64,000 nucleotides of DNA. Origin: a virus. The notes beneath the pieces were generated by a model. The model worked only from the letters and a program-made list of their open reading frames with translations. It had not been told where the DNA came from and searched no databases. A program made the position numbers and the translations under genes. Positions 62,929 to 64,000 of this stretch are shown piece after piece. Every line of letters starts with the position of its first letter. Within the stretch, counting starts at the first letter, position 1. The stretch lies in IMG/VR virus record IMGVR_UViG_3300048014_000353, positions 74,551-138,550 of that record, one strand, 5' to 3'.

Positions 62929-62963
62929 ATCTCACTCCTTCCCAGGCGCGTCTTGGCGCTTAG

Positions 62964-64000
62964 GAGCCCGTTCGAAATTATCGATCCTTTGATGGAAATA
63001 GGGGGCCTGCGCGGGTGGTTGCTCGTGCAGGATGCTCGCGGTGGACGCAGTTCGGGCGAAGTACGCGCGGCTGCGCGGCGTGATGGACGAGCGCGTGACG
63101 CGTCTGTGGGCTGCGGCGGAGGCTGAGGCGATCGGATACGGCGGAATCGCGGCGGTGGTCGAGGCGACGGGGATCAGCAAGTCGAGGGTGCGCGCTGGTC
63201 TGCGGGAGCTGTTGGAATATGCGACGGATCCACCGACGACTGCACCGCGTGCACAACGAGTTCGGCGCCCTGGGGCTGGGCGACCTCTGCTTGAGAAGCT
63301 CGACCCGACGTTGGTGCCGGATCTGGAATCGCTCGTCGAGCCGGTGACGCGAGGCGATCCGGAGTCGCCACTTCGTTGGACGTGCAAGAGCAAGGACAAG
63401 CTGGCCGCCGAGCTGCAGGCGATGGGGCACAAGGTGAGCGCGACCAAAGTAGGCCTGCTGCTCCACGACTTGGAATACAGCCTCCAGGTTGTGCGCAAGA
63501 CGCGCGAGGGCGGCCAGTCACCGGACCGCAACGCCCAGTTCGAGCACATCAACCGCACGGCGAAAGCGTTCATGAAACGCGGCCAGCCCGTGGTCTCGGT
63601 CGATACGAAAAAGAAGGAATTAGTGGGCGATTTCAAGAACGCAGGGCACGAGTGGCACCCGAAGGGGTCGCCGGAACCTGTCCGCGTTCACGACTTCATC
63701 GATCGCGATCTTGGCAAGGTGATCCCCTATGGCATCTACGACACCACTCGCAACGAGGCGTGGGTCAGCGTAGGGGTCGATCACGACACGGCGGAGTTCG
63801 CGGTCGCTACTCTCGAGCGCTGGTGGCGTGAGATGGGCAAGAAGGCCTACCCGGATGCCACCGAGCTGCTGGTCACGGCGGATGGCGGCGGCAGCAACGC
63901 CCCGCGCTCACGACTGTGGCGCGTCGAATTGCAGCGTTTCGCGGACGCAACAGGCCTCCGCGTAAGCGTCTGTCACTTTCCGCCGGGGACCAGTAAGTGG
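62964..64000 (+). mobile_element. ISAzo13-family insertion sequence, left part
   Basis: Left end GAGCCCGTTCGAAATT after TAG; transposase downstream. Confidence 0.8.
63032..64000 (+). CDS. ISAzo13-family DDE transposase (3'-truncated by window)
   Basis: DER..RLWAA.EA...GYGG; RGDPESPL.WT.KS; DRNAQF..IN; SVDTKKKELVG.FKN.G; VGVDHDT.EFAV; ADGGGSN; HFPPGTSKW. Confidence 0.92.
   Translation, partial: MLAVDAVRAKYARLRGVMDERVTRLWAAAEAEAIGYGGIAAVVEATGISKSRVRAGLRELLEYATDPPTTAPRAQRVRRPGAGRPLLEKLDPTLVPDLESLVEPVTRGDPESPLRWTCKSKDKLAAELQAMGHKVSATKVGLLLHDLEYSLQVVRKTREGGQSPDRNAQFEHINRTAKAFMKRGQPVVSVDTKKKELVGDFKNAGHEWHPKGSPEPVRVHDFIDRDLGKVIPYGIYDTTRNEAWVSVGVDHDTAEFAVATLERWWREMGKKAYPDATELLVTADGGGSNAPRSRLWRVELQRFADATGLRVSVCHFPPGTSKW

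Larger units (their letters stand above)
61101..62963 (-). repeat. Dispersed TGACCCC(G/T)-core repeat at 3' ends of consecutive mini-genes
   Basis: Eight intact copies and one truncated; exact pairs of 17 bp (61548/62118) and 16 bp (61390/62458). Confidence 0.8.

Noticed and set aside
61101-62963. CRISPR array
   Set aside because: Repeats are short, degenerate, irregularly spaced (130-390 bp) and lie within coding frames; no cas genes

Overview
The window is the virion-morphogenesis and accessory half of a very GC-rich tailed (pro)phage with a contractile tail and Mu-like structural genes. Polyangiaceae-type lipoproteins rich in DAG/DGG motifs suggest a myxobacterial host (inference). Layout: 1-9.9 kb head (portal C-terminus fused to a ParB-like domain, a Nudix-protease-scaffold fusion, two capsid paralogs, neck genes); 10-28.6 kb tail and baseplate (sheath, two tube genes flanking an inverted HNH gene, two chaperones with a T-TTT-TTC -1 frameshift site, tape measure, Mu gp43-48-like genes); 28.7-40 kb fibre-like and surface proteins, with one ~57-aa module recurring 10 times across 7 virion genes; 40-52.8 kb lipoproteins, papain-like protease, guanylate kinase, metallophosphoesterase, GH25 endolysin and an Acb2/Tad1-like protein; 52.9-57.7 kb a structured ncRNA candidate plus about 35 tRNA genes covering all 20 amino acids, with systematic U33C and U55 substitutions and an internal HNH gene; then hicAB, a minus-strand array of mini-genes punctuated by a TGACCCC-core repeat, and an ISAzo13-family element inserted into one repeat copy. 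No integrase, terminase or replication genes lie in the window. All assignments come from reading motifs and folding by eye; no database searches were run.
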